NCBI GenBank assembly: GCA_026936335.1
Contig: JAPMXV010000033.1
Span: forward strand, 186,001-250,000
Reading direction: 5' to 3'
DNA from: Mantamonas sphyraenae STR306
Taxonomy: Eukaryota > Protista > CRuMs
Length of the DNA: 64,000 nt
In this document: in pieces, positions 51,901 to 62,592 of the stretch
Layout: each line of letters starts with the position of its first letter
Numbering within the stretch: position 1 is the stretch's first letter
Notes under the pieces: model-generated
Told to the model about the DNA's origin: nothing
What the model saw: only the letters and a program-made list of their open reading frames with translations
Database searches by the model: none
Translations under genes and position numbers: made by a program

Positions 51901-54900
51901 GCGTTGCAGGACCTGCTTGCGGAAGATCGACAGCGGATGATGTACGAAAGGCGCCGAAAAGGAGCTAAATCGGGTTGGAGGGGAATGCTGGAGAAAACGA
52001 TTGCGGCGGGCCACATCGAATGCGCCCTGGTGATGGACGACGTGTACTTGGACGAATGGGAGATCTTCGGCCCGATGGTGAACCGGGTGGCAAACCAGAT
52101 GGGCATTGTGTGGCGCTATGGCGCATCAAAGAAGCGAGGTCTGGACGGACGCGTGTGGGACCCGCAAACGAGCAAGCGCAAGGTTGCGTGGCGCACCGTC
52201 TCACCGTGGGAGACAGAAGATGAAAAGACGCTGGTGGTGAGCAGCGAGACGGAAACACAGTACGCGTGGCAAGATGCAGTATGGGCGGGAGATGTGTCGA
52301 GAGCATCCGCGTGGATGCAGCAAGTGGGCCAGTATGAGGAGTGGGAAAATTTGTGTGCGATGGGTTGGACGCCACTGCTGCTTGCTTGTGAGCGTGGCGA
52401 CACGGAGATGGCGCTGTATGTGTTGTCGGTGGACTTTTTCGATCCGCTGGACGTGACGCAACGAGGTGAAAGTGTTCTCCACATTGCAGGGCGGCGGGGA
52501 CTCGTGAGAGTTCTGGAGAAGCTGGAGGCGATGTTGGAGGACGAGACTTTGGAGGAGATGCAGGGGTTGCAGACGGTGGGCAGTGCGTACACAGCGTTGC
52601 ATGTGGCTTTGTTGGAAAAGCAGTTTGAGGCGTATGAGACACTTCTGCGGATGGGTGTGGATCCGAGTGTGCAGGATGCGTGGAAACGTGCGAGCTGGGT
52701 CCTGGAGGAGGAGCTGCGCGGCGGGGTTGTGGAAGCTATGCTGGCTAGGGACGAGTCGCGGCTTGCGTTCCTGGAAAGGTGGCACCACGGACGCGTGACG
52801 GGGTATGGTACGTGTGCGTACCATCGGGACGAGCTCATGCTGCACCTTGGCCACTATGCGGTGATGGCAGGGTGGCTGGACGGGTTGAAGCTGGTGAAGG
52901 CAGAGTACGGCGTGCGTGTGCACGAGTGCCTCGTCGGCCAACTTTCTTCACAACCGAGTGAGTCGCAAAACGCAACGTCCAAGAGTCCTCAGGAGGCAGG
53001 GACACTGCTGCAGTTTGCACTGACTCAGAGATCGGATGACAGCATTGTGCTGTGGCTACTGGAGCAGGAGGAGGAGTTGGAACATGTGGAGACGCGCAAC
53101 GAGAGCGGCAGGAACGCACTGGAGATTGCATTGGTGTGGAATGCGAGCGATGCTGTGGTCGAACGCCTTTTGGCGCTGATGGAGTCTGCACATTCTGTGT
53201 ACAGCATTGAACCGCGGTCGGAGTGGAGCGCGCTTCACACGGCTGCAGCTTTGGGCCGTGTGGAGTGGGTGCGCACCATGCTTGCATGCAAGGAGCTGGA
53301 ATTGGCAAGTGAGGAGAGCGAGGAGCGGCGAGTGGAGCTTGAACCGAGGGGTTGGCGCGCGCGCGGGGTGACGGAAACAGCACTGGAGGTTGCAGTGCGG
53401 CACGGGCATGCAGAGATTGTGGCGTTGCTGTTGGATGCTGGGAGTGTGGTGAGTGCATCGCGTGTGGTCAAGGCGCTTGCGGGCGGAGGTGCAGTGTCGG
53501 TGGCGGAAGTGTTTGAGCACCGCGGGCTCGAACTGGACGTGTCTGAGCTTGCAGTGGCTGCGTACGACATGCGCGAGATTGAGATGATGCATTGGGCGTT
53601 GGCACGTGGGCAGTGGGCACGCGAGTCTCGGTCAACTCACGTGAGCCGAAGGTGCTGGGGCGAGGAGGAGGACCGTGTGGTGGGCGACATCCTGGAGCGT
53701 CATCAAGATGTGTACGCAGCGATGAGTGCGTGCATGTACAATGTGCACAAAAACGCAGCGTGGCGACAAAGCATGCTGCGTGTGTTGCGTTCTGGTCTGC
53801 TGCCAGGTTTGGCGACCGAGGGGGACGATGTGAGCCGTTTTCTGCGTGACGTGTTGTACCTGTGTTGTGACGAGTTTGACTCGGGCGACGCGGAGTGCGT
53901 TGGCGAGGCATGGGTGGCGCTCGCGCGTGAGCAGGAGAAGGGGTCGCGCACCGATGTATTGTGGCTGAACAGCAGGGTACAGCCGAGCAACATGGTGCTG
54001 TGCGGTTTGGCAGAGAGTCTGCTTGAGATCAAGAGACTGGAAGGGATGATGGATAGTGGGGAAAGCGCATCATCGCCATCAGCATTGGCCGCTGAGGATG
54101 GCAGTGAAGGAAGTGGAAGCGAGGAGGATGATGATGACGACGAGGTGTGGGTGTCCAACGTTCTGAAGGCGTTGAGTGTAGAGGTTGCCCTTGCTTGCAA
54201 CCGCCGCGAAGTGGTGCTGGGCAAGCTGGAGTTGCACACGGGCTGGGTCGGGCGCTACCGGAAGCTGTGCAAAGAGGGACAAGGGATGGCGTGCAGGGAG
54301 ACATTGCAGTGGATGATGGATGAGGTGCTGACGAACGGCGAGGTGATGGGATTGCGAGATTTTGTGCCGCTGATGCACGCTGTGATCGAGTTTGCACAGT
54401 GGGAGGTGTTCCAGTGGGTGTGGCTCCGTGTGGTAGAGGCCGGCGAGGTGTCTACAGAGTATTACCGCGAAAAACTGGTGAGTATGTTGGAGCGTGCGTG
54501 CACGTACGCCGGGTCTGCGTGGATGGCCGACCTGGTGGTGTGTGCACACAGCCGGGGGCGACGTGGAAGCGCACAGGCTGTGGAGTCGATGGTGGAGAAC
54601 GCAGGCATGAGCGTCAGTACGACGGTTGTGGAGAGGCTTGTGCAGGGTGGAAGTATGAAGGAGGCGGAAGCGGTGTTGGAGCGTGCAGACATGAGCAGAG
54701 CAGATGCAGAGACGTATGGAAGAGTGTTGGCGAGCGGCGCAAGGGAAATCTCGTGGACGGATGATCTGTTTTCGCTTGTGCGGGCGCTGGTGAGTCAGAT
54801 GGGCATCGAGTGGATGTACGAGGTGTGGATGTGTGTGATGGTCCGCGGGACCATCGTGGGCGAGGCTCTGCGAACGCCAGACCTGGTCAACTGCATGCTG

Positions 54901-57900
54901 GAATCAGGTATGGTGCGGCATTGCACGGGGCAACAGTCGTTTTTCGGCTTTCTGCGTGGAGAGGATATGTGGAGGCGATGGGCAGAGGTGACGGTGGCCG
55001 AGTTGAGTGTGGACGAGGTGTTGGCGTGGTGGCTGAGGAACATTTACCTGCTGGACACTGGGGCGTGGTTTGAAGGATTCCGGGTGGTGTGTGCACACAC
55101 TGGGACGGAAATCATGCGCGAGCGCGATGAGTACTCCGTGCCGCTGGCGAGTGCGGGGATATTGTTGGCGCGAGCTGGGATGGTGGAGGAGTTGATGTGG
55201 CTGCTGGATCGCGGTCTGTGCAAGGCGGGCATGCGTGAGCTGGGACGGGCAGCTGCAATTTTGCACCGGAGCGATGTGTTTGTGGCGCTTGCGAGGCGCG
55301 GGATGCGATGCGAGCGGAAGGTGATGGTGCGACCCATGGAAGAGGACGGCGAAGTCAGGCGGTGTGTGGAACGTGTTCAAAAGTGCGTGGCAACGTGGAG
55401 TGAGGGCAAAGTGGGAAGCAGCGCACACTATGCTGCGGAGCAGGGCTGGGAAGATGCGCTGGCACTGTTGTTAACGGATGAGGTGCTGGCCGAGGCGGAC
55501 GAGAGTTTCGGGACGGTGTTGGCCGCAGCTGTGCGCAGCGGAGAGCCTGAGATTGTGGCACAGGTATTGGAGAGAGGGGACGGGGTAGATGGGCATGCTG
55601 TGATGGAATGTGCGCTGTTGAAGGAGGAGAAGACGGCGATGGAGCTGTTCCAGACACTTGTGGAAGCAGGCGGGCGCCTGTGGTTTGGTACGGTGAACTG
55701 TGCAGATGGAGACAGGTACCACGGGGCGAGCGTATTCCATGCAGCAGTGGTGCAAGGTCACACGGAGCTTGCCGCGCTGGTGTTGGAGACGTTTGGAGAC
55801 AAATGCGTGCAGCCTGTGCGCTGGGAAAGGGCTGCGGTACGGCCGCGTCCGGGAGGAATGCGTGTGGCGTTTGTGGACATTCGCGAGACGGACGTAGAGC
55901 ATGAGCCGGCCGAAACTAGGTTTGCACACACGGTTTGGCTCGTTGTGCGTCACCTCGGTGTGGCTGGAGAGGCTTTGGCGGCGCAGGCGCTGGAGATGGA
56001 GGAGTGGGAGCTGTCCAAGGATGTGGAGTATGCGGCCGCAGAAGTGTACCATGTTCTGATGAAGAATCGACTGTGGAATCTGTGCATGGAGTGTGTTAAA
56101 AAGGGAGGGATGTCCGAGATTGGGGCTCCGAAAATGGTGGAGTGGCTGTGCGCAGGTGGTAGTCCGGCGGAAGGCGAGCTGCTGGATGCGGCGTTGCAGA
56201 TGGGCGATGAGACGTGGATTGAGAAGGGGCTTTGCGGAGGAGGCAAAGGCGTGTTTACACGCAAGCTGTTGCAGATGCTGCGTGACAGAGGGTCGAGTGT
56301 GCCGTGGTCGGTGGGACGTCTGGGACATGTGTGGGCCGCTGCAGATGAGGGGCAACGCCGATGGATGGCAGAGCAGCTGTGCGACGACGCGAGTGCGGCG
56401 GCAGCGGCGGTGCGGGCGGGTGTTGGCGTGGAATTGCTGAGAGGCATGAGGCTGGAGGGTCGTTGTGTGTACACAGCTCTGGCGTATGGGCGCGTGGATG
56501 TGGTGAGAATGGCGTGGCAGGAGGGAGTGGTGTCTGTGGATGGAGACGAGGCCGGCAGAACGTTGGTGAGCTGGGCGCTGAGTGGCGGTCGAGAGGTGTC
56601 GGCAGAGATGGTGGACCTGTTGAGACAGATGGGCGTGGACACGCACAACAGGGCCATTGTGAAGGATGCACGCGAAATGGGATTGTTGGAGACGGCGAGG
56701 CGTCTGTATGGAGAGCCTTGGGCAGGCGCGAGTGTGTATGGATGGATGGAGCGGCGAATGGGGAGGGAGGAAGCGTGTGAACGTTGGATGCGTTTGACGT
56801 GGAGCAAGCGTGGTGTGCTGGAGCGCTTGACGTTGCTGGACGATGTGGCTGGCATCGAGGCCGTTTTCGGAGCGGAGAGCGTGCTGGAGGAGGTGGAGAA
56901 ACTGGGGTGGCCTCGAGAGGTCGCAACAAAGGCAGGCAAGCCGCTGCAGTTGGGCTTTGTGGGATGGTGGAACGACTCGGATGAGGAGGATGAGGAGGAA
57001 GAGGAGGAGGAGGAAGAAGAAGAAGATGAGAACACGGACGCAGGGACGGTTCAAAAATGGGTTGTGGATGCGGTCAAGGCGGACAGTCCTGGCGTGCTGA
57101 GATGGATCCTGGAGCACAGCAGAGAGGTGGGGCGACATGCAGAGACGATGTTGCAGGCTTTGCAGAGGGCGTTGGAGCTGCCACGTGCCGCATGTGTGGA
57201 GATTGTTAGCGAGAGGTTGTGCGACGACGTGGTGGTGGAGATGATGGAGACCTACGAGTTTTTGCTGCGAGACGTGTGCGAAAGCAAGTGGGGAGCGGGA
57301 GTGCTGGAGAAGCTGGGCGAGTGCGTGGGCGTGCACAACGTGTGCAACGATGTGGTGGAGCAGAAGCTGGCGCTGGTGGCGTGGGGCGTGGGGCGATATG
57401 ACACTGTGAGGCTGATGCGGATGTGGTTTGAGGAACAAGGACGGTCGGAGGAGCTGTTGACGGAGCATCTGGACACCGATTCGGTGTGGAAGCGCGGCAC
57501 GGTGTACGGATTCACCGATGTGGCAATCCGACACAACCCGACAAGCACGGAGGATCACTGGACAAGCAAGTCGGGATATCGTGGAATGCGGACAGTGTGG
57601 GACGCAGTGCGGTACCGGCAGCATCAGTCGCTTGCGGCAGTGCTTGATCTGGAGGTTTTCGACGTGGATGCGATGCGGCACAAGATGAGCAGGGGCAAGG
57701 AGAAGGTGTCGCTACTGGAGTGGTGTGTGTGGTGCTGCAACGAAGAGGCGATGGAGCTTGTGTTGGAGAGGGGAGCCAGTGTGACGCAGAGGAGCTTGAA
57801 CCTTGCCATTGAGCGTCGTTGCGAGAACGCATGGCTGACGTTGTGGCACAAGGGGCAGGAGATGGGCGACGTGTTTGAGACGGACAGTGAGCACATGGAG

Positions 57901-58416
57901 CGGGTGCTGTTCCACGGGATGGAGCGTGTGCTGAGCGTGCTGAATGTGGAAGTGGGCCAGCAGGAGGCGTCGACGATGCTGATGGGAGGCCAGGCGGAGC
58001 TGGTGGGCAGGCTGAGCGTAAACAGCGAGTTGAACATGGAAGAGGATGTCTGGACGCAGCAGTTTGCAAGCGACCTTGCGCTGCAGGCGGGTTTGGAAGA
58101 AGAGGCAGCGGAGAGTGCGGCCGGCAAGGAGGTTGTGCGTCCGGAGAGACCTTTTGCGGTGGATGTGTTTGTGCAGAACCGCAAGCAGGGCAACATGGAT
58201 ATGTTTGATTGCGTGGCAACGTGGGATGCAGACGGTCTCCGAAGGCTGCTGGAGCGTGGACGCTGGCGAGCTGTGCTTGGCAGTGTGTACGGGCAGCGGC
58301 TGTTGGAGTTTGCAGTTCAACGGCGCAGTGCGGAGTGCGTGGCGGTTTTGGGGGAGTTTGGGATGGATGTGAGTGGAGTGGAGATGGAAGAGCGAGCGTG
58401 GTGGGAGGAGGATTGA
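35683..58416 (+). CDS. Giant (~7,485 aa) ankyrin / Clu central domain / TPR / CAP-Gly protein; exons 35683-35920, 36197-58416
   Basis: Ankyrin repeats at both ends (GRTALMAAA, HTALHVAA, GWTPLLLAC). Clu motifs RDWNEEFQ, AMKAAGHELKGL, PLMALLDYGGYR, LIYGSDDAG, VEGHRGTDGRYYILDTARVFPP, HRMGVNVRWLG (~47065-48150). TPRs ~48720-49860. CAP-Gly-like VELVEGVGNSEGVMNGVRYF...HGAFV (~50158-50262). Exon 2 is 22.2 kb without a stop. Confidence 0.88.
45571..46240 (+). repeat. Coding minisatellite, 12 units of 54 bp (three of 63 bp) encoding GGSGYGAGVGVQQLGGDV
   Basis: GGATCCGGGTAT recurs at 45574, 45637, 45700, then every 54 bp to 46078, then 46141 and 46195. Confidence 0.95.
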
Positions 58417-58420
58417 TTGC

Positions 58421-58426
58421 AATGAA
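58421..58426 (+). terminator. Candidate poly(A) signal AATGAA in the 10-bp gap between two convergent stops
   Basis: Lies between the stop ending at 58416 and the opposite-strand stop at 58427. Confidence 0.5.
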
Positions 58427-61400
58427 TCAGTCGAAAATGCCGCGATGGACCACGATGCCCGTGAGGGCGTAGGCGCAGCCGCTGGCAGGTTGCGCCAGGC
58501 TGACGAGGATGACCTCGATGACCGCGGCGGGTACGCTTCCTTGCTGGAACTCCTGGCGGTAGGCGTCGCGCTTCTTCTCGCGGGCTTCCTTGCATGCAGT
58601 GAAGCTTGCTCCCACGATGTCTGAGCCTTCCACGTTGTCTTCGTAGTATTGACGTCCTGCGTCTGAGCCGCAGAGGATATCCTTCCCAATGCCAAGGAGA
58701 AGTTCGCCAGTAGACGCAATGACATTGGCGTAAAGGCGAGCGCGATGGTTGCCACTGTCGATATAGCCACCCTGGAAGACAGTCTCAGGGTCAAGGAGCT
58801 GCAGGTGCTGCTTCGCCGACGCGACGAGGTGCTGCATGAGCTCACCGACTTGAGGGCCGGAATAGGCGTGCACGCGCAGGCCTTCGATGCACACGCGTGC
58901 ATGCCAGTACTCCAGGGTGAGAACCGGGTTGCAGAAGCACAGCCGCTGAGAGACGTTGCTGACATTGGCCACGAGCTCAGGAAGTACGGTCGATGCGACG
59001 GAGATCACCTCGCCCACACGAATTGTGACTTGCTGGATGACGGTTGCAATCTGCTGCTGTGGGACGCCTTCGTCACGCCACTTGGGAATGATGCTGTTGA
59101 CGAGATACATCTGCGTGGTGGCGAGGCTGATGGCGATGTACAGGCTGGCTGTGCGCTGGTAGCCGACGGACCAGATTTCCATCACGGCAGGCAATGACTG
59201 ATTAATGGCCGAGACGTAATGCCAGATGACGTTTGATGGCAGGTCTGGGTTGCGCACAAGAAACTCTTCGATGGACTGTGCCTCGACCCAGGCACGGAGA
59301 GACATGGCCGGAAGGCTGACGAGGCAATCTTGTGTGTTGATGCTCCCGTCCTCAGTGGCGATGTTGATTGCCTGCTCGCAGTACGTGAGGGCTTGTTCGA
59401 TGGCAGCCGCGCCAAGCATGGCAGCGTTCTCCGAGCTTTGGGACTGGTAGTAGCGCTCGATGCGTCCATGGAGGACATGCGCGTTGAGAAGGAGGACAAA
59501 CGCCTTCATGCGGCCGCCGTTCATGTTGCCCCAGATCGAGCTGAGTGCACCATTGTGGGCTTCGTAGAGCTCGAGACAGGTTGAGTTGAAGGCGCGCACG
59601 TGCTGGTCGCGTTGCGTGGTCCACTGCTCCTCAGATTCCATTTCTTGTTGCAGCTGCTCGATGGTTGCGGTGAGTTGGACGGCGGCCTCGATCTCTGCAC
59701 GCCAGGTGTGAACACACGTCGTGACCAGTGCGTTCAGGCTTTTCAGAAGCGGTCCCACCTTTGTCTCGAAACGGCGCACCTCGTCCTGGATGCCGCTGTG
59801 CTTGTCGTCCAGAGCAATCAGGGTATCCAGGACGTTGTCGCTCGCGTGCTCATACTTCAGCATGAGAAACTCGATGAGGTTGAGCATGACCTTGACCAGA
59901 GCCATGTTCGTGTCCATCACTTCGTACATGTAATCGTCCGCATCGAGTTCCCACTCAACCTTGGCGATGATGTCGCGTACCTTGGGGGCCAGGTCAGACA
60001 CCTCTTCCCCAAGCTTCTTGGCCACCTTCCAGTGCGTAAGGTACTGGCTTCGGTTGGAGAAGATCAGCATGCGCATGACGATGGAGGTTGCGTTGAAAAT
60101 GGCCAGGAAACCCATCACGGTGTCCACCTCAACATCGTCGTCAATCTGGTCCCACCCCTCGTGCACGATACTGTGCATCTCCTCAAACATCGACTCGTCA
60201 AAGAACGGACTGAGGTCGTTCCACACCGCCTGGATGCTCTGCAGCTCGCTGTCCGTGACCCCCTGAGAGGCGATGATGTTCAGCGTCGCCACTGTGAACA
60301 CCATCTGTGTAAACGCGAGACGACACGACATGTTCCACTTGTCGACTTCCTTCAGGGTGTTGACCTCGGTGCTGCCAAACATCTGGCCCTCCTTCGTGTC
60401 TGCAGGCTGGTCTGTCGCGCTGGAGCTCATCCGAGGCGAAGGCTCGTTGAATGTGGCCCCGCGGTGCACCACGTCGTCTGCATCCTGCTTGTTGGCATGG
60501 ATCTGTACGTTCATGTTGCGCCACTTGCGGTCGTACGTGATGACGAGCGTGTCCAGGAGCGGGACTGACGAGTTTGTGCACGAGTTGCTCATGAAGATGG
60601 GGTCGCCGAGAAGGGCGCTGCGTGTCAGGCTGTTGATCTGGGCGTTGTAAACAGCGAGGAGGTCGAACTGACGGCCCTCTGCGAGGAAGGAGTGGTAGAC
60701 GTGGAGTTGGACAGGAAGCCAAAGGGCAGCCGAGGAGGATGACGAGGATGAGGATGACGAGGATGAGGAAGAGGTAGACGAGGTGGAGGAGGACGAGGAC
60801 GTGCGGATGAGAGGGGAGGTGGTGGCGGCGGCGGTCGTCGGAGGGTTGGCCATGCTGGCGGCTGTGACAACACCGGAGGGTGCGTTCGGTGTGACGGCGA
60901 GGCCAACGGCAGTGGCAGCAGTGGCGGCAGTGGCAGCAGTGGCGGCAGTGGGTGTGGAGGAGGATGAGGATGAGGACGAGGCATCTTGATCGAGCACTCC
61001 GACAGCGTCGCCTTCCCCTTCCAGGTCGCCCCAGGAGAAGCCAGTGACGTCTGCAGCATAGGTATAGACACGCATTGTGACGCCAAGGACACGAGCACCC
61101 ATGACACACGAAAACCCAATGCTGTCCCGGACAAGAGAGTACTCTGACGGCACGAGTTTCTGCGCAATCAGCTTCTCCTGCTCCGTGACCGTGATCTTCA
61201 GGTTGCTCGAGGTGTGCACCGAGAGCTGGGCCTGACGGAAGGCCAGCCGCGCAAGCGTCATCTCAATGTCGTCCAGATCGATGTCCTTCTCGGCTGTGCT
61301 GGTGGGCCACACGTCGTCCTCGATGCCAAACTGCTGAACCAGCCGTTGCAGGTCGCCCGAGTCGTCCTTGGACTCCTGCACATTCAGCCCTTGCAGGGCA

Positions 61401-62548
61401 GTGCTCACAGCGGCCAGGACCTGTGCCTCGATGTCAGCTTCGGTCACCTGTGCGTCTGAAGCCCCCTGCGCGTTGGAGCTGCTCTCTGTGGCAAAGGCCT
61501 GGTTCATCATCTCGCGCAGGCCGATGGCAGCCAGCGTAGAGGCAGACTGTTCGGTATCGTTTGCCGTGGCAGGGGCTGTGCCCGGAGGAACGGGTGCACC
61601 CCCACCTGCTGCTGCCTGGGCGGCTGCCTGCGCTGCCTCGTCTTCAGCTTGCTTCTGGCGGAACCGGCCCTTCTGGCGGTCTCGGATCATGCGTGCGCCT
61701 TGGCGCAGACCCGTAAGGAGGGCGTCCCGCTTCGACATGCGCAGCACCTCTTGGGAGACCTCGCCAGCCGGAGCCGAGGCCGCTGTGGCCATCAGGGAGT
61801 CATCCACGCGGCGCAGTTTGTGCTTGACAAGCGTGACAATGCCGCTGATGTCGCTGACCTCAACGAGCAGCAGCGTCTGGGCATCTCTGAGGTGTGTGAC
61901 AAGGAGGGTAGAGGGGGGAGGTGTGAACCAGAGGCAGAGAGGAGGGTGATGCACGCAGGCAAAAAGAGGGAAAAAAGGGGAGTATGCGCAAGAACCACGG
62001 GCAACGTACTGCAGTCGAAAGGAATACACGGACACAAGCTGGTTGTCCCTCCACATCGCAAGGACGGGCGGGTTTGTGTTGAAGAAGACCGTGTACATGG
62101 CAGTGGAGCGCTCCTCTTCAGCGAGGCGCCACGCTGACACCTGCAGATCAGCGTCAAAGTCAAGGTACATGGTCATACGCTGGCTGTCGGAGGCCCATGT
62201 GCCCAGGATCTTTGTGAACCAGGAATAGATCTCGCCCGCGTTGGATGCGGCAAGGATCTCATCGTATTCGCCTTGATCCGCAATCAAGGTGCCCAGCTGG
62301 TTCACGTTACGCAGGATCTCTGTGGACATGTCTGTAGCATCCACGAGGACAGCGAGTTTGGGCAGATACTCGAGGAATGGGCGGACATATGAGGAGAGCT
62401 GGGTGTGCACCTGCTTGGCCCTCTGGATCTGCTCCGGGGTGGCCTGGGGCGCCGTCACACGGGATTCGCCGGCGGCAGCATTGGCATCCTGGTCTTCTTG
62501 GCCCTTGGCAGTGGGTTTCGTGTCCTTGGTGGGCTTGTTGCTGCTCAT
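58427..62548 (-). CDS. Uncharacterised ~1,332-aa protein with helical/TPR-like C-terminal half; exons 62548-62010, 61886-58427
   Basis: Long ORF; likely start MSSNKPTK; 123-nt GTACGT...CAG in-frame intron. No family recognised. Confidence 0.75.
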   Translation of the reverse strand: MSSNKPTKDTKPTAKGQEDQDANAAAGESRVTAPQATPEQIQRAKQVHTQLSSYVRPFLEYLPKLAVLVDATDMSTEILRNVNQLGTLIADQGEYDEILAASNAGEIYSWFTKILGTWASDSQRMTMYLDFDADLQVSAWRLAEEERSTAMYTVFFNTNPPVLAMWRDNQLVSVYSFRLQYVARGSCAYSPFFPLFACVHHPPLCLWFTPPPSTLLVTHLRDAQTLLLVEVSDISGIVTLVKHKLRRVDDSLMATAASAPAGEVSQEVLRMSKRDALLTGLRQGARMIRDRQKGRFRQKQAEDEAAQAAAQAAAGGGAPVPPGTAPATANDTEQSASTLAAIGLREMMNQAFATESSSNAQGASDAQVTEADIEAQVLAAVSTALQGLNVQESKDDSGDLQRLVQQFGIEDDVWPTSTAEKDIDLDDIEMTLARLAFRQAQLSVHTSSNLKITVTEQEKLIAQKLVPSEYSLVRDSIGFSCVMGARVLGVTMRVYTYAADVTGFSWGDLEGEGDAVGVLDQDASSSSSSSSTPTAATAATAATAATAVGLAVTPNAPSGVVTAASMANPPTTAAATTSPLIRTSSSSSTSSTSSSSSSSSSSSSSSAALWLPVQLHVYHSFLAEGRQFDLLAVYNAQINSLTRSALLGDPIFMSNSCTNSSVPLLDTLVITYDRKWRNMNVQIHANKQDADDVVHRGATFNEPSPRMSSSATDQPADTKEGQMFGSTEVNTLKEVDKWNMSCRLAFTQMVFTVATLNIIASQGVTDSELQSIQAVWNDLSPFFDESMFEEMHSIVHEGWDQIDDDVEVDTVMGFLAIFNATSIVMRMLIFSNRSQYLTHWKVAKKLGEEVSDLAPKVRDIIAKVEWELDADDYMYEVMDTNMALVKVMLNLIEFLMLKYEHASDNVLDTLIALDDKHSGIQDEVRRFETKVGPLLKSLNALVTTCVHTWRAEIEAAVQLTATIEQLQQEMESEEQWTTQRDQHVRAFNSTCLELYEAHNGALSSIWGNMNGGRMKAFVLLLNAHVLHGRIERYYQSQSSENAAMLGAAAIEQALTYCEQAINIATEDGSINTQDCLVSLPAMSLRAWVEAQSIEEFLVRNPDLPSNVIWHYVSAINQSLPAVMEIWSVGYQRTASLYIAISLATTQMYLVNSIIPKWRDEGVPQQQIATVIQQVTIRVGEVISVASTVLPELVANVSNVSQRLCFCNPVLTLEYWHARVCIEGLRVHAYSGPQVGELMQHLVASAKQHLQLLDPETVFQGGYIDSGNHRARLYANVIASTGELLLGIGKDILCGSDAGRQYYEDNVEGSDIVGASFTACKEAREKKRDAYRQEFQQGSVPAAVIEVILVSLAQPASGCAYALTGIVVHRGIFD

Positions 62549-62592
62549 TTGTGTGTGTGAGCTGGCGCAGTGTCGGGCAGAGAAACGAGTTG

